Below are positions 16,468-24,054 of a stretch of 32,000 nucleotides of DNA, in pieces. The notes under the pieces were generated by a model, which ran no database searches, was not told the origin of the DNA, and was given only the letters and a program-made list of their open reading frames with translations. Where the stretch lies: contig JBMYVL010000006.1 in NCBI GenBank assembly GCA_049606355.1, positions 1-32,000 on the forward strand, written 5' to 3'. A program made the translations under genes and the position numbers. Numbering within the stretch: the first letter of the stretch is position 1; each line of letters begins with the position of its first letter. The DNA is from Opitutales bacterium (GTDB lineage Bacteria > Verrucomicrobiota > Verrucomicrobiia > Opitutales > Coraliomargaritaceae).

Positions 16468-17739
16468 ATGATCGATATAAAGCTCCTTCGCGAGCAGCCG
16501 GAGCAAGTCCGCGCTGCGATAGCCCACAAGAAATTTACCTGCGACATCGATGCGGTGTTGGCGCTGGACGCTACCCGCCGAGCGAAGATCACTGAAGCCG
16601 AGCAAGCGCGGGCGCAGCAGAAGGCCGCCAACCAGGAGATGGCAGCGCTTGCCAAGGGCTCGCCGGAATTTCTGGAGAAGGTGCAGGCTATGAAGGCGAT
16701 TGCGGCCACCGCAAAGGAGCGCGAGGCAGAGGCCAAGGCGGCGGACGAGGCCTTTCAGGAGGCGTTTCTCGGTATCCCGAATTTGCCGGATCCAAGTGTG
16801 CCGGTGGGCAAGGGCGAGGAGGAAAATGTCGTCGCCTCCACTTGGGGCGATGCGCAGGCCGAGTTTCCGCACGCGCTGCCGCACTTTGACATCCCCTGGT
16901 TTGAGTCGCGCATCGACTTTGCACGTGGGGTGAAGACGGCCGGCGCCGGTTTCCCGTTCTACGTCGGCGAAATGTCCCGTCTGGTGCGCGCGCTGGTCAA
17001 TTTCTTCCTGCAGGAAGCGCAGCAGAATGGCTACGAGGAGGTCTTGCCGCCGATCGTGGTGAATGCCGCGAGCGCCACGGCGACCGGTCAGCTGCCCGAT
17101 AAGGAGGGGCAGATGTACGTCGACGAGAACGAAGGCCTGTATCTGATCCCGACTGCGGAAGTGCCGGTCACTAATTTTTATCGTGACGAAATCCTCGAGG
17201 CCGCGCAGTTGCCGATCTACCGCTGTGCCTATACGCCGTGCTTCCGCCGCGAGGCGGGCAGCTGGGGGGCACACGTGCGCGGCCTGAATCGCTTGCACCA
17301 GTTTGACAAGGTCGAGCTGGTCAAGTGGACGGATGCTGACAGCAGTATGGAGGAGCTGGAAAAACTGCGCGACAACGTCGAAGGCACCCTGCAGAAACTG
17401 GGGCTACCGTACCGTGTGCTGCGCATGTGCACCGGTGATATCGGCTTCCCACATGCCAAGCAGTACGACCTCGAGGTCTATGCGGCGGGCCAACAGCGTT
17501 GGCTGGAAGTCTCCAGTTGCTCGAACTTTACGGACTTTCAGGCGCGCCGTGCGGGCATCCGCTACCGCGGTGCGGATGGTAAGCCGGTGACGGCACATAC
17601 TTTGAATGGCTCTGGTCTCGCCGTGCCGCGGGTACTGGCCGCGATCCTTGAAAATAATCTGCAGGCCGATGGGCGCGTCAAGGTACCGGACTGTCTGCAG
17701 TATTGGATGCAGCAGGAGTTTATCGGTGAGCCCAACTGA
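16468..17739 (+). CDS. serS: Serine--tRNA ligase
   Basis: 423 aa. MIDIKLLREQPEQVRAAI is followed by an N-terminal coiled-coil arm. The class II motifs are present (FRREAGS..RGLNRLHQFDKVE, and GSGLAVPRVLAAILENN). Confidence 0.95.
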   Translation: MIDIKLLREQPEQVRAAIAHKKFTCDIDAVLALDATRRAKITEAEQARAQQKAANQEMAALAKGSPEFLEKVQAMKAIAATAKEREAEAKAADEAFQEAFLGIPNLPDPSVPVGKGEEENVVASTWGDAQAEFPHALPHFDIPWFESRIDFARGVKTAGAGFPFYVGEMSRLVRALVNFFLQEAQQNGYEEVLPPIVVNAASATATGQLPDKEGQMYVDENEGLYLIPTAEVPVTNFYRDEILEAAQLPIYRCAYTPCFRREAGSWGAHVRGLNRLHQFDKVELVKWTDADSSMEELEKLRDNVEGTLQKLGLPYRVLRMCTGDIGFPHAKQYDLEVYAAGQQRWLEVSSCSNFTDFQARRAGIRYRGADGKPVTAHTLNGSGLAVPRVLAAILENNLQADGRVKVPDCLQYWMQQEFIGEPN

Positions 17740-17803
17740 GCCCGCAGGATTCGCTGGTACGCAGGCTTGCGCTCGACGCGACCGTCGCAAAGACTACTGA
17801 ATT

Positions 17804-18034
17804 ATGGACGTTTTTCTTGAAGCACTGCGCTCGGGCAGCATTCCGGCTTGGGCAGGTTTACTGGTGGCAGCAATTGTCGTCATCAAGCTACTGTTCAAAA
17901 TGAGCAAGTGGTTGGTACTCTTTGGTATCTTGGTCGCACTCGGCTATGGCTTTGTGGCTTTTTTTCCGGAGCTCGCTGAGCCCGTGCTGGATTGGCTGCA
18001 GTCGAATACACCCGAGACCGCGCCGATCGAATAG
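17804..18034 (+). CDS. Small hypothetical membrane protein (two predicted TM helices)
   Basis: 76 aa. It has two hydrophobic stretches (AWAGLLVAAIVVIKLLF and WLVLFGILVALGYGFVAFF), fits cleanly between serS and proS on the same strand, and has no recognisable family. Confidence 0.45.
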   Translation: MDVFLEALRSGSIPAWAGLLVAAIVVIKLLFKMSKWLVLFGILVALGYGFVAFFPELAEPVLDWLQSNTPETAPIE

Positions 18035-18093
18035 TGCCCGGCGCTGTAATTCGACCTTGCACGCGCGGCTGGGTGGCTTTTCCTGCTGCGTAG

Positions 18094-19614
18094 ATGGCAC
18101 AACAGGCACAAACCGCAATTACACCGACCCGCGCCGAGGATTATCCGGAGTGGTACCAACAGGTCGTCAAGGCCGCTGATCTGGCCGAGACCTCGCCGGT
18201 GCGCGGTTGTATGGTGATCAAGCCCTGGGGCTACGCGATCTGGGAGAATATTCAGCGGGAGCTGGATCGTCGGTTTAAAGAAACCGGACACAAGAACGCT
18301 TACTTCCCTCTGTTTATTCCGATGAGCTTCCTGCAGAAGGAGGCCGATCACGTCGACGGCTTTGCCAAGGAGTGTGCGGTGGTCACCCATTCACGGCTCG
18401 AAGCCGATGCCGACGGTCAATTGCAGCCCGCCGGTCCACTCGAAGAGCCGCTCATCGTACGCCCCACCTCGGAGACGATTATCGGGGAGCTGTTCGCTAA
18501 ATGGGTGCAGTCCTACCGCGACCTACCGCTCTTAATTAACCAGTGGGCCAACGTGGTCCGTTGGGAGATGCGTACGCGATTGTTCCTCAGAACCGCCGAG
18601 TTTCTCTGGCAGGAAGGGCACACCGTGCACGCCACCAAAGAAGAGGCGATGGAAGAGACCCGCAAGATGCTCGACGTCTACGCCGACTTCGCGGAAAACT
18701 TTATGGCCGTGCCGGTGATCACCGGAGAAAAGACCGAAGCGGAACGCTTCCCCGGCGCGGATGCCACCTATGCGATCGAGGCCATGATGCAGGATCGCAA
18801 GGCGCTCCAGGCGGGCACCTCGCACTTCCTCGGCCAGAATTTTGCCAAGTCCAGTAACATCACATATCTCAGCGCCGAGGGTAAAGAGGAGTATGCCTGG
18901 ACCACGTCCTGGGGGGTGTCGACCCGTTTGGTGGGAGGCTTGATTATGACGCATTCCGACGACGACGGCCTGGTGCTGCCGCCACGGATTGCCCCGGCAC
19001 ATCTGGTGATCATCCCCGTCACGCCCAAAGAAGCGACGCGCCAAGCCGTACTCGATTACTGCCACGCGCTGCGCAAGGACCTCGAGGCGCAGCCTTTCCT
19101 CGACGGGCGAGTGAAGGTGGAGCTGGACGACCGCGATATCCGCGGGGGTGAGAAGGCCTGGGGCTGGATCAAGAAGGGGATTCCGCTGCGTGTTGAAGTT
19201 GGCCCCCGTGATATGGAGAAGCACTCCGTCTTTGTCGGCCGTCGCGACCGCGCGCCGAAAGAGAAGCAGAGCTACGAACGCGACGCCTTCGTGGCAGGGA
19301 TCGGCGCCTTGTTGGACGAGATTCAGGACCAGCTGCTAGCGCGTGCCAAGGCCCACCGCGATGCCCATACTCGGGAAATTACCAGTGAGGCTGAGTTTGT
19401 GGAGTTCTTTACACCCAAAGATACAGAGAATCCCGAGATACACGGTGGTTTCGCCTCCATGGGCTTCTGCTGCGATGCCGAACTGGAAGACAAAATTGCC
19501 AAGCAATACAAGGTTACGGTGCGCTGTATCCCGAATGCAACGGTCGATGAGGTGGTGCCCTGCGTCTTTACCGGGAAGCCGGGCAAGCGGGTGCTTTTCG
19601 CCAAGTCTTACTAG
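18094..19614 (+). CDS. proS: Proline--tRNA ligase, archaeal/eukaryote-like type with C-terminal ProRS-C domain
   Basis: 506 aa. It contains GCMVIKPWGYAIWENIQ, RPTSETII, NQWANVVRWE..R.FLRT.EFLWQEGHT, an anticodon-binding domain, and a C-terminus ending in ...FAKSY. The terminal Tyr is typical of this ProRS type. Confidence 0.93.
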   Translation: MAQQAQTAITPTRAEDYPEWYQQVVKAADLAETSPVRGCMVIKPWGYAIWENIQRELDRRFKETGHKNAYFPLFIPMSFLQKEADHVDGFAKECAVVTHSRLEADADGQLQPAGPLEEPLIVRPTSETIIGELFAKWVQSYRDLPLLINQWANVVRWEMRTRLFLRTAEFLWQEGHTVHATKEEAMEETRKMLDVYADFAENFMAVPVITGEKTEAERFPGADATYAIEAMMQDRKALQAGTSHFLGQNFAKSSNITYLSAEGKEEYAWTTSWGVSTRLVGGLIMTHSDDDGLVLPPRIAPAHLVIIPVTPKEATRQAVLDYCHALRKDLEAQPFLDGRVKVELDDRDIRGGEKAWGWIKKGIPLRVEVGPRDMEKHSVFVGRRDRAPKEKQSYERDAFVAGIGALLDEIQDQLLARAKAHRDAHTREITSEAEFVEFFTPKDTENPEIHGGFASMGFCCDAELEDKIAKQYKVTVRCIPNATVDEVVPCVFTGKPGKRVLFAKSY

Positions 19615-19827
19615 GCACTCGACCACCGAGCGGCGCCCCTGCAGTGTGATGGGTTTCTCCTATCTATTCGGGAGGGCGCGAGCTCGGGTCAGAGCGGTAT
19701 AAAAAATAAGTAAATTTCTGAGCCGCGTGTCAGGGATTTGCTGATCTGCTTGACCTTATATTCCCTAGGCGAATGCTGCGGCGCTGAGTGCTTGTACTCA
19801 ACCACTCATACGATAGAAGGGTTTCTC

Positions 19828-20397
19828 ATGTACGGAATGGTCAACAAAGCAATTGAGGAGATGGTGACGCGGCACCATGGCGAGTCGACTTGGGCGCAAA
19901 TCAAAGCGAAAGCCGGGGTGGATGTGGAAGTCTTTATGAGTAACGAAGGCTACTCGGATGACATTACCTACAATCTAGTGGGTGCCGCCAGTGAGGTGCT
20001 GGGCGTGGATGCGGAAACCATCCTGATCGGCTTTGGCGAGCACTGGGTGCTGCATACGGCTCAAGAAGCCTATGGTTCGATGATGCAAGCGGCGGGACGT
20101 ACCTTGCCGGAGTTTTTAACGAACTTGCCCAATTTTCACATGCATGTGGCGATGGTCTTTCCGAACTTGCAGCCGCCGCGTTTTGAATGTGCCGACATTA
20201 CCGACCGATCCCTGCGCTTGCATTATTACTCGCATCGCCCGGGTTTGGCGCCCTTCGTCGTCGGCCTGATGCAAGGCTTGGGCAAGATGTATGAGACGCC
20301 AGCCACGGTGCAGCAGGTGGTGTTTAAAGATCAGGGTGCCGACCATGATGAGTTCGACGTGACTTGGTCCCCGCTGGAGTCAGGTGATGAATGCTGA
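19828..20397 (+). CDS. hnoX: H-NOX (haem nitric oxide/oxygen-binding, HNOB) sensor protein
   Basis: 189 aa from the ATG at 19828. MYGMVNKAIEEMV is the canonical H-NOX start. LPNFHMHVAMVFP carries the proximal-His position (compare sGC beta1 ALHDHL). YYSHRPG is the Y-x-S-x-R haem-propionate motif. The upstream 30 codons of the track ORF are Cys-rich and look non-coding. Confidence 0.9.
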   Translation: MYGMVNKAIEEMVTRHHGESTWAQIKAKAGVDVEVFMSNEGYSDDITYNLVGAASEVLGVDAETILIGFGEHWVLHTAQEAYGSMMQAAGRTLPEFLTNLPNFHMHVAMVFPNLQPPRFECADITDRSLRLHYYSHRPGLAPFVVGLMQGLGKMYETPATVQQVVFKDQGADHDEFDVTWSPLESGDEC

Positions 20398-22060
20398 CGG
20401 TGAGGCAACGGTCGCACGATACGGGGTGCCTGCCGAGCAGTTAGCGAGCGTATTTCCTTTTCATTTTGCGTTGGGGCGCGAGCTTGAGCTCGTACAAATC
20501 GGCCCCACGCTGCAGCGTATCTGCCCCGATGTACAGTTGGGAGCTGATTTTACTCAGCTGTTTGTGTCGATCCGTACCGAGGGTGACATGAGCTGGGATT
20601 GGATTCTGCAACACCGCTCGCATTTTTTCTTATTTGAGCATCTCGCCACTCAGCTGCAGTTACGCGGGGAGTTTGTGCAACTACCGGAAACGGAAGTGGT
20701 CCTTTTTCTGGGCTCGCCGTGGTTTACCGATACCGAGCAGTTTGTTGCGTTTAATTTGGGGTTTAAGGATTTCGCCATTCACGATCCGGTGATTGATATG
20801 CTGCACATCATTCAGGCGAACAAGCTCGCCCTCTCCGATGCGCATCGTTTGACAGAAAAGTTGACCGAGCGGGGCCTCGAATTGACGCGCGCGCGGGATG
20901 CCGCTGAAAAAGCGAATCAAAGTAAAAGTGATTTGTTGGCGATGGTGAGTCATGAGATTCGTACGCCGATGAATGCGGTACTCGGCTTTACGGATCTACT
21001 GCTGAAGACCACCGAGCTGAGTGCCACCCAGAAGGAGTATGCGTTAACAGCTGCAAGCAGCGGGCAAATGTTACTGGCGGTGATCAATGATATCCTCGAT
21101 TTTTCCAAGATTGAATCCGGTGCCGATTTGAAGATCGAAGCTTCAGCAATGGCGCTCGCACCGCTGCTGGAGCGAGTCCAGCGTCTCCTGCAACCGCGCA
21201 CTGAAAACTGTACCTTACAGCTGGAAATCGACGCTGACTGCCCGCAGCAGATCGTTGCCGATGAAGGTCGATTGGAGCAAATCCTGGTGAATCTCACCAG
21301 CAATGCGATTAAGTTTACCGATGAAGGGACGATCGTCTTGCGGGTACACTGCCTCGAAAGCCACGCCGATCGGGTGCGCCTGCGTTTTGAAATTGAGGAC
21401 AGTGGAATCGGCATCGCTGCGGAGGATCTGGAGCAAATCTTCCTCCCTTACAATCAGGTGGCGGGCGATTCAACGAATCCGCGACGGGGCACGGGCTTGG
21501 GCTTGGCGATTACCAAGCAAATTGTGAACTTAATGGGGGGTGCTATTGGCGCGAGCAGTCAGCTCGAGAAGGGGTCGCTCTTCTGGTTTGAGTTGGAGTT
21601 TCGCGTACCAACGGAGCATGCCGAGCTCAAACCTGTCGTATCGCAAACGGTGTCGCCCGCCGCTCCAGGGCTGCGGATTTTAGTGGCCGAGGATAATCCA
21701 GTGAACCAAAGGCTCTTGGAAATTTTGCTCAAGCAACTCGGTCTGTCGGCCCGTTACGTGAGCAACGGTTCGGAGGCGGTCGCCGCGACTGCCCGCGAAG
21801 CGTTTGACCTAATCTTTATGGATTGTCAGATGCCGGTGATGGACGGCTTTGCCGCGACTGCGGCCATACGCGAGCGCGAGGCCTCGTGTGCTGCGGCCGA
21901 TACGCCGCGCAGCCATATCGTCGCGTTGACCGCGAATGCGATCAAGGGCTCTCATGAGCAGTGCCTGACTGCGGGCATGGATGATTTCATCAGCAAGCCG
22001 TTTGGTCTCGAACAACTCCGGGCGGCCCTGGAGAAAAGGCTAGCCGTCGAGTCTCAATAG
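20387..22060 (+). CDS. Soluble hybrid sensor histidine kinase: H-NOXA (HNOBA, sGC-like PAS) domain, coiled coil, HisKA, HATPase_c and receiver
   Basis: The start overlaps the H-NOX stop by 11 nt. The N-terminus (FPFHFALGRELELVQIGPTLQRICPDV...LRGEFVQLPETEVVLFLGSPW...DFAIHDPVIDML) parallels, from memory, sGC beta1 ([27 protein letters not shown]...[20 protein letters not shown]...DIPLHDATRDLV). The H-box is SHEIRTPMNAV, the N-box is LVNLTSNAIKFT, and the G-boxes are DSGIGI and GTGLGLAI. The receiver domain is ILVAEDNPVNQ...DLIFMDCQMPVMDG...ALTANA. No TM segments are present. Confidence 0.88.
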   Translation: MNADGEATVARYGVPAEQLASVFPFHFALGRELELVQIGPTLQRICPDVQLGADFTQLFVSIRTEGDMSWDWILQHRSHFFLFEHLATQLQLRGEFVQLPETEVVLFLGSPWFTDTEQFVAFNLGFKDFAIHDPVIDMLHIIQANKLALSDAHRLTEKLTERGLELTRARDAAEKANQSKSDLLAMVSHEIRTPMNAVLGFTDLLLKTTELSATQKEYALTAASSGQMLLAVINDILDFSKIESGADLKIEASAMALAPLLERVQRLLQPRTENCTLQLEIDADCPQQIVADEGRLEQILVNLTSNAIKFTDEGTIVLRVHCLESHADRVRLRFEIEDSGIGIAAEDLEQIFLPYNQVAGDSTNPRRGTGLGLAITKQIVNLMGGAIGASSQLEKGSLFWFELEFRVPTEHAELKPVVSQTVSPAAPGLRILVAEDNPVNQRLLEILLKQLGLSARYVSNGSEAVAATAREAFDLIFMDCQMPVMDGFAATAAIREREASCAAADTPRSHIVALTANAIKGSHEQCLTAGMDDFISKPFGLEQLRAALEKRLAVESQ

Positions 22061-22111
22061 GAGAACTCCAGGCTGGGGCGGCCCTCGGGCGATGAACGGT
22101 ACGTTGTGAGT

Positions 22112-22150
22112 TGCGAAAGTTGCGAAGACAGGTTTGCGTTGCCTTTCGCA
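22112..22150 (+). promoter_or_regulatory. TTGCG-motif cluster and 8-bp inverted repeat in the kinase-NOS intergenic region
   Basis: TGCGAAAG at 22112-22119 and CTTTCGCA at 22143-22150 are separated by 23 nt. TTGCGAAAG and TTGCGAAG form a tandem copy (22111-22127), and a further TTGCG sits at 22134-22138. TATTTTT follows. This could be an operator for the NOS gene or a weak terminator hairpin for the H-NOX/kinase operon. Confidence 0.3.
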
Positions 22151-22186
22151 TATTTTTAACAACTCAAGCCCGATGGTTAATTGCAC

Positions 22187-23299
22187 ATGAAACAGGACAG
22201 CGAGCCGAGCCGCCGCCACCGCGAGGCGGTCGAATTTATGGACTTGTGTGCCCATGAGTTACCCGCTGCTTCGGCAGATTGGCAGGCACGGCGTGCCGAG
22301 GTTGAGGCGACCCTCGCAGCGGAGGGCGTCTATGCGCTCGACTTTGCTGAGCTCGAACATGGTGGACGAGTGGCGTGGCGCAATAATGCGCGCTGTATCG
22401 GCCGGCTCTTTTGGTCTTCGCTGAAAGTTCGAGACCGCCGTGAGTTGGATGATCCGGACTTGGTGGCGGCCGACCTGCGTGAGCATGTACGCTTAGCGAC
22501 CCATGCGGGTAAGATTCAACCGCTGCTGACTGTTTATGCGCCTGCCGATGCGGCCGGGCCGCGTTTGCGCATTTGGAATCACCAGCTGTTCGGTTATGCC
22601 GGCTATGGCCTGCAGGACGATGGGAGTTATTTGGGTGACCCGAAGAATGAGCGCTTCACGGCTAAAGCGCTCGAACTTGGCTGGCAGCCGGCGCGCACCC
22701 AATTCGATTTGTTGCCGTGGATCCTGCAGAAACGTGGGGAAGCGCCGCGTTTGTTTGAGCCGCCGACGGCGGACTGCTTGGAAGTCCCCTTACGTCATCC
22801 GAAATTAGAGTGGTTTGCCGCACTTGGCCTGCGCTGGTATGCCGTACCGATATTATCGGATATGAATTTGCGGATTGGCGGCATGGACTTCCCGGCAGCG
22901 CCGTTTAACGGATGGTATATGGGAACCGAGATCGGCTCGCGTGACCTGGGGGATGCCGGGCGCTACAATGTTTTGCCAACACTGGCGGAGCACATGGGCT
23001 TGTTGAGGCCGAAAAAAGACCGCTTGTGGAAGGATCGGGCCTTGGTGGAACTCAATGAGGCGGTGCTGCACTCCTTTGCCGCGGATGGAGTGCGGATTGT
23101 CGATCACCACCGCGCGTCCTCCGAATTTATGCGCTTTGTGTCGATGGAACAGCAGCAGGGGCGCCTGGTGTCCGGAAATTGGAGTTGGTTGGTTCCGCCG
23201 ATGTCGGGTTCGGCGACGGAAGTATTCCATCGCCCATGGAAAGATCGCAAGTACGTACCGGACTATCAGCTGCAAGCTCCGGCATGGGAGGCGTTTTAA
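22187..23299 (+). CDS. nos: Bacterial nitric oxide synthase, oxygenase domain only (no reductase domain)
   Basis: 370 aa from the ATG at 22187 (a TTG lies at 22181). WRNNARCIGRLFW carries the haem-thiolate Cys. KIQPLLTVYAP, IWNHQLFGYAGY and FDLLPWIL are conserved blocks. PFNGWYMGTEIGSRDL carries the substrate-binding Glu. LWKDRALVELNEAVLHSF, VDHH and WSWLVPPMSGSATEVFHR complete the match. The protein is near-colinear with the B. subtilis NOS sequence as I remember it. Confidence 0.93.
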   Translation: MKQDSEPSRRHREAVEFMDLCAHELPAASADWQARRAEVEATLAAEGVYALDFAELEHGGRVAWRNNARCIGRLFWSSLKVRDRRELDDPDLVAADLREHVRLATHAGKIQPLLTVYAPADAAGPRLRIWNHQLFGYAGYGLQDDGSYLGDPKNERFTAKALELGWQPARTQFDLLPWILQKRGEAPRLFEPPTADCLEVPLRHPKLEWFAALGLRWYAVPILSDMNLRIGGMDFPAAPFNGWYMGTEIGSRDLGDAGRYNVLPTLAEHMGLLRPKKDRLWKDRALVELNEAVLHSFAADGVRIVDHHRASSEFMRFVSMEQQQGRLVSGNWSWLVPPMSGSATEVFHRPWKDRKYVPDYQLQAPAWEAF

Positions 23300-23391
23300 G
23301 AGCGAGCAAGGATTTTAGGCGCTGCTACCACATCTTCAGTAAGCTCCTGTACCTGCGGAGCGATCCATTTGCATCAACTTCAGTATTATTT

Positions 23392-23883
23392 ATGCGTAAT
23401 CTAAGCCTACTCCTTATGTTTTTCTTTTCGATGCAGGCCATCAGTGGCCAAGAACTTGCCGTCGGCGCACCGGCCCCACAGCTGATCGTCACGGACCAAG
23501 ACGGTCAGAGCTTTGACTTGGGCGAGGCCCTGACATCCGGGACCGCGGTGGTATTTTTCTATCCGATGGCCAACACTCCGGGTTGTACCAAGCAAGCCTG
23601 TAGCCTGAGTGAGGGCTACATGGAGCTGCGTCAGCGCGGTGTGCAAGTGATCGGTGTCTCCGGGGATAGTGCTGCCGCGCAGCGCAAGTTTCAAGAGAAG
23701 TACTCCCTGCCGTATCCGCTGATTGCGGACACCGATTTGCGTGTAAATAAGGCTTTCGGAAAGAAGCGCTTTGCGCGGCAGGCGTACATCTTCAAAGACG
23801 GTCACTTGGTGTGGCGTGATTTAAAGGCAGCGACTAGTCGCCAGTTTGAAGAAGTGGTGGCCGCATTGGATGCCTTGCAATAG
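23392..23883 (+). CDS. bcp: Bcp-type peroxiredoxin (AhpC/TSA family) with N-terminal signal peptide
   Basis: 163 aa from the ATG at 23392. MRNLSLLLMFFFSMQAISGQE looks like a signal peptide. VVFFYPMANTPGCTKQACS is the PxxxTxxC peroxidatic Cys motif with a second Cys five residues later. VIGVSGDS and YPLIADTD also fit. The upstream 71 codons of the track ORF overlap the NOS 3' end and are rejected. Confidence 0.85.
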   Translation: MRNLSLLLMFFFSMQAISGQELAVGAPAPQLIVTDQDGQSFDLGEALTSGTAVVFFYPMANTPGCTKQACSLSEGYMELRQRGVQVIGVSGDSAAAQRKFQEKYSLPYPLIADTDLRVNKAFGKKRFARQAYIFKDGHLVWRDLKAATSRQFEEVVAALDALQ

Positions 23884-24054
23884 CTTTGCCTAGGCGTACT
23901 GCGGCTCGCGTCGGGTAACTTGTGCTGCGCTGGCTGTTCGCGGAGCCAAGCGGTGAAAAATTTGGGCTGTTCTCTAAGCACTGATTAGTCTAGGTATCGA
24001 CGGTTTAGGGTAGCGTATTCGCTATCGTTTCGACCATTTCTTGATTCATTGACT

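Noticed and set aside
16456-17298. 280-aa minus-strand ORF antisense to serS (together with 16338-16736 and 16688-16924)
   Set aside because: It lies entirely within the confidently identified serS gene on the opposite strand. The translation is Arg/Leu/Gly/His-rich and low in complexity, with no recognisable motif. This is a typical shadow ORF of a GC-rich gene.
18532-19224. 230-aa minus-strand ORF antisense to proS
   Set aside because: It is a shadow ORF inside proS with an Arg/Gly/His-rich translation and no domain signature.
19738-19827. N-terminal extensions offered by the ORF track: H-NOX from 19738, peroxiredoxin from 23179, FabV from 25434, GTs from 4826 and 12814, UGDH from 24049
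   Set aside because: In each case the canonical family N-terminus begins at an internal ATG. The extension is compositionally odd or overlaps the preceding gene.
19615-19827. Possible sigma70-like promoter (TTGACC near 19749) or proS terminator in the 213-nt spacer upstream of H-NOX
   Set aside because: I found no convincing -10 element at proper spacing and no GC-stem/T-tract terminator. The promoter consensus for this organism is unknown, so no call is made.
20950-21414. 154-aa minus-strand ORF antisense to the hybrid histidine kinase
   Set aside because: It overlaps the HisKA/HATPase region, whose plus-strand motifs are unambiguous. The antisense product is Ser/Arg-rich with no motif.
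22853-23275. 140-aa minus-strand ORF antisense to NOS, and the 22040-22255 minus ORF spanning the kinase-NOS spacer
   Set aside because: The plus-strand NOS reading is near-colinear with known NOS sequences. The antisense ORFs have no family resemblance and would overlap two well-supported genes.
23407-23805. 132-aa minus-strand ORF antisense to the peroxiredoxin
   Set aside because: It is a shadow ORF; the peroxiredoxin motifs on the plus strand are clear.
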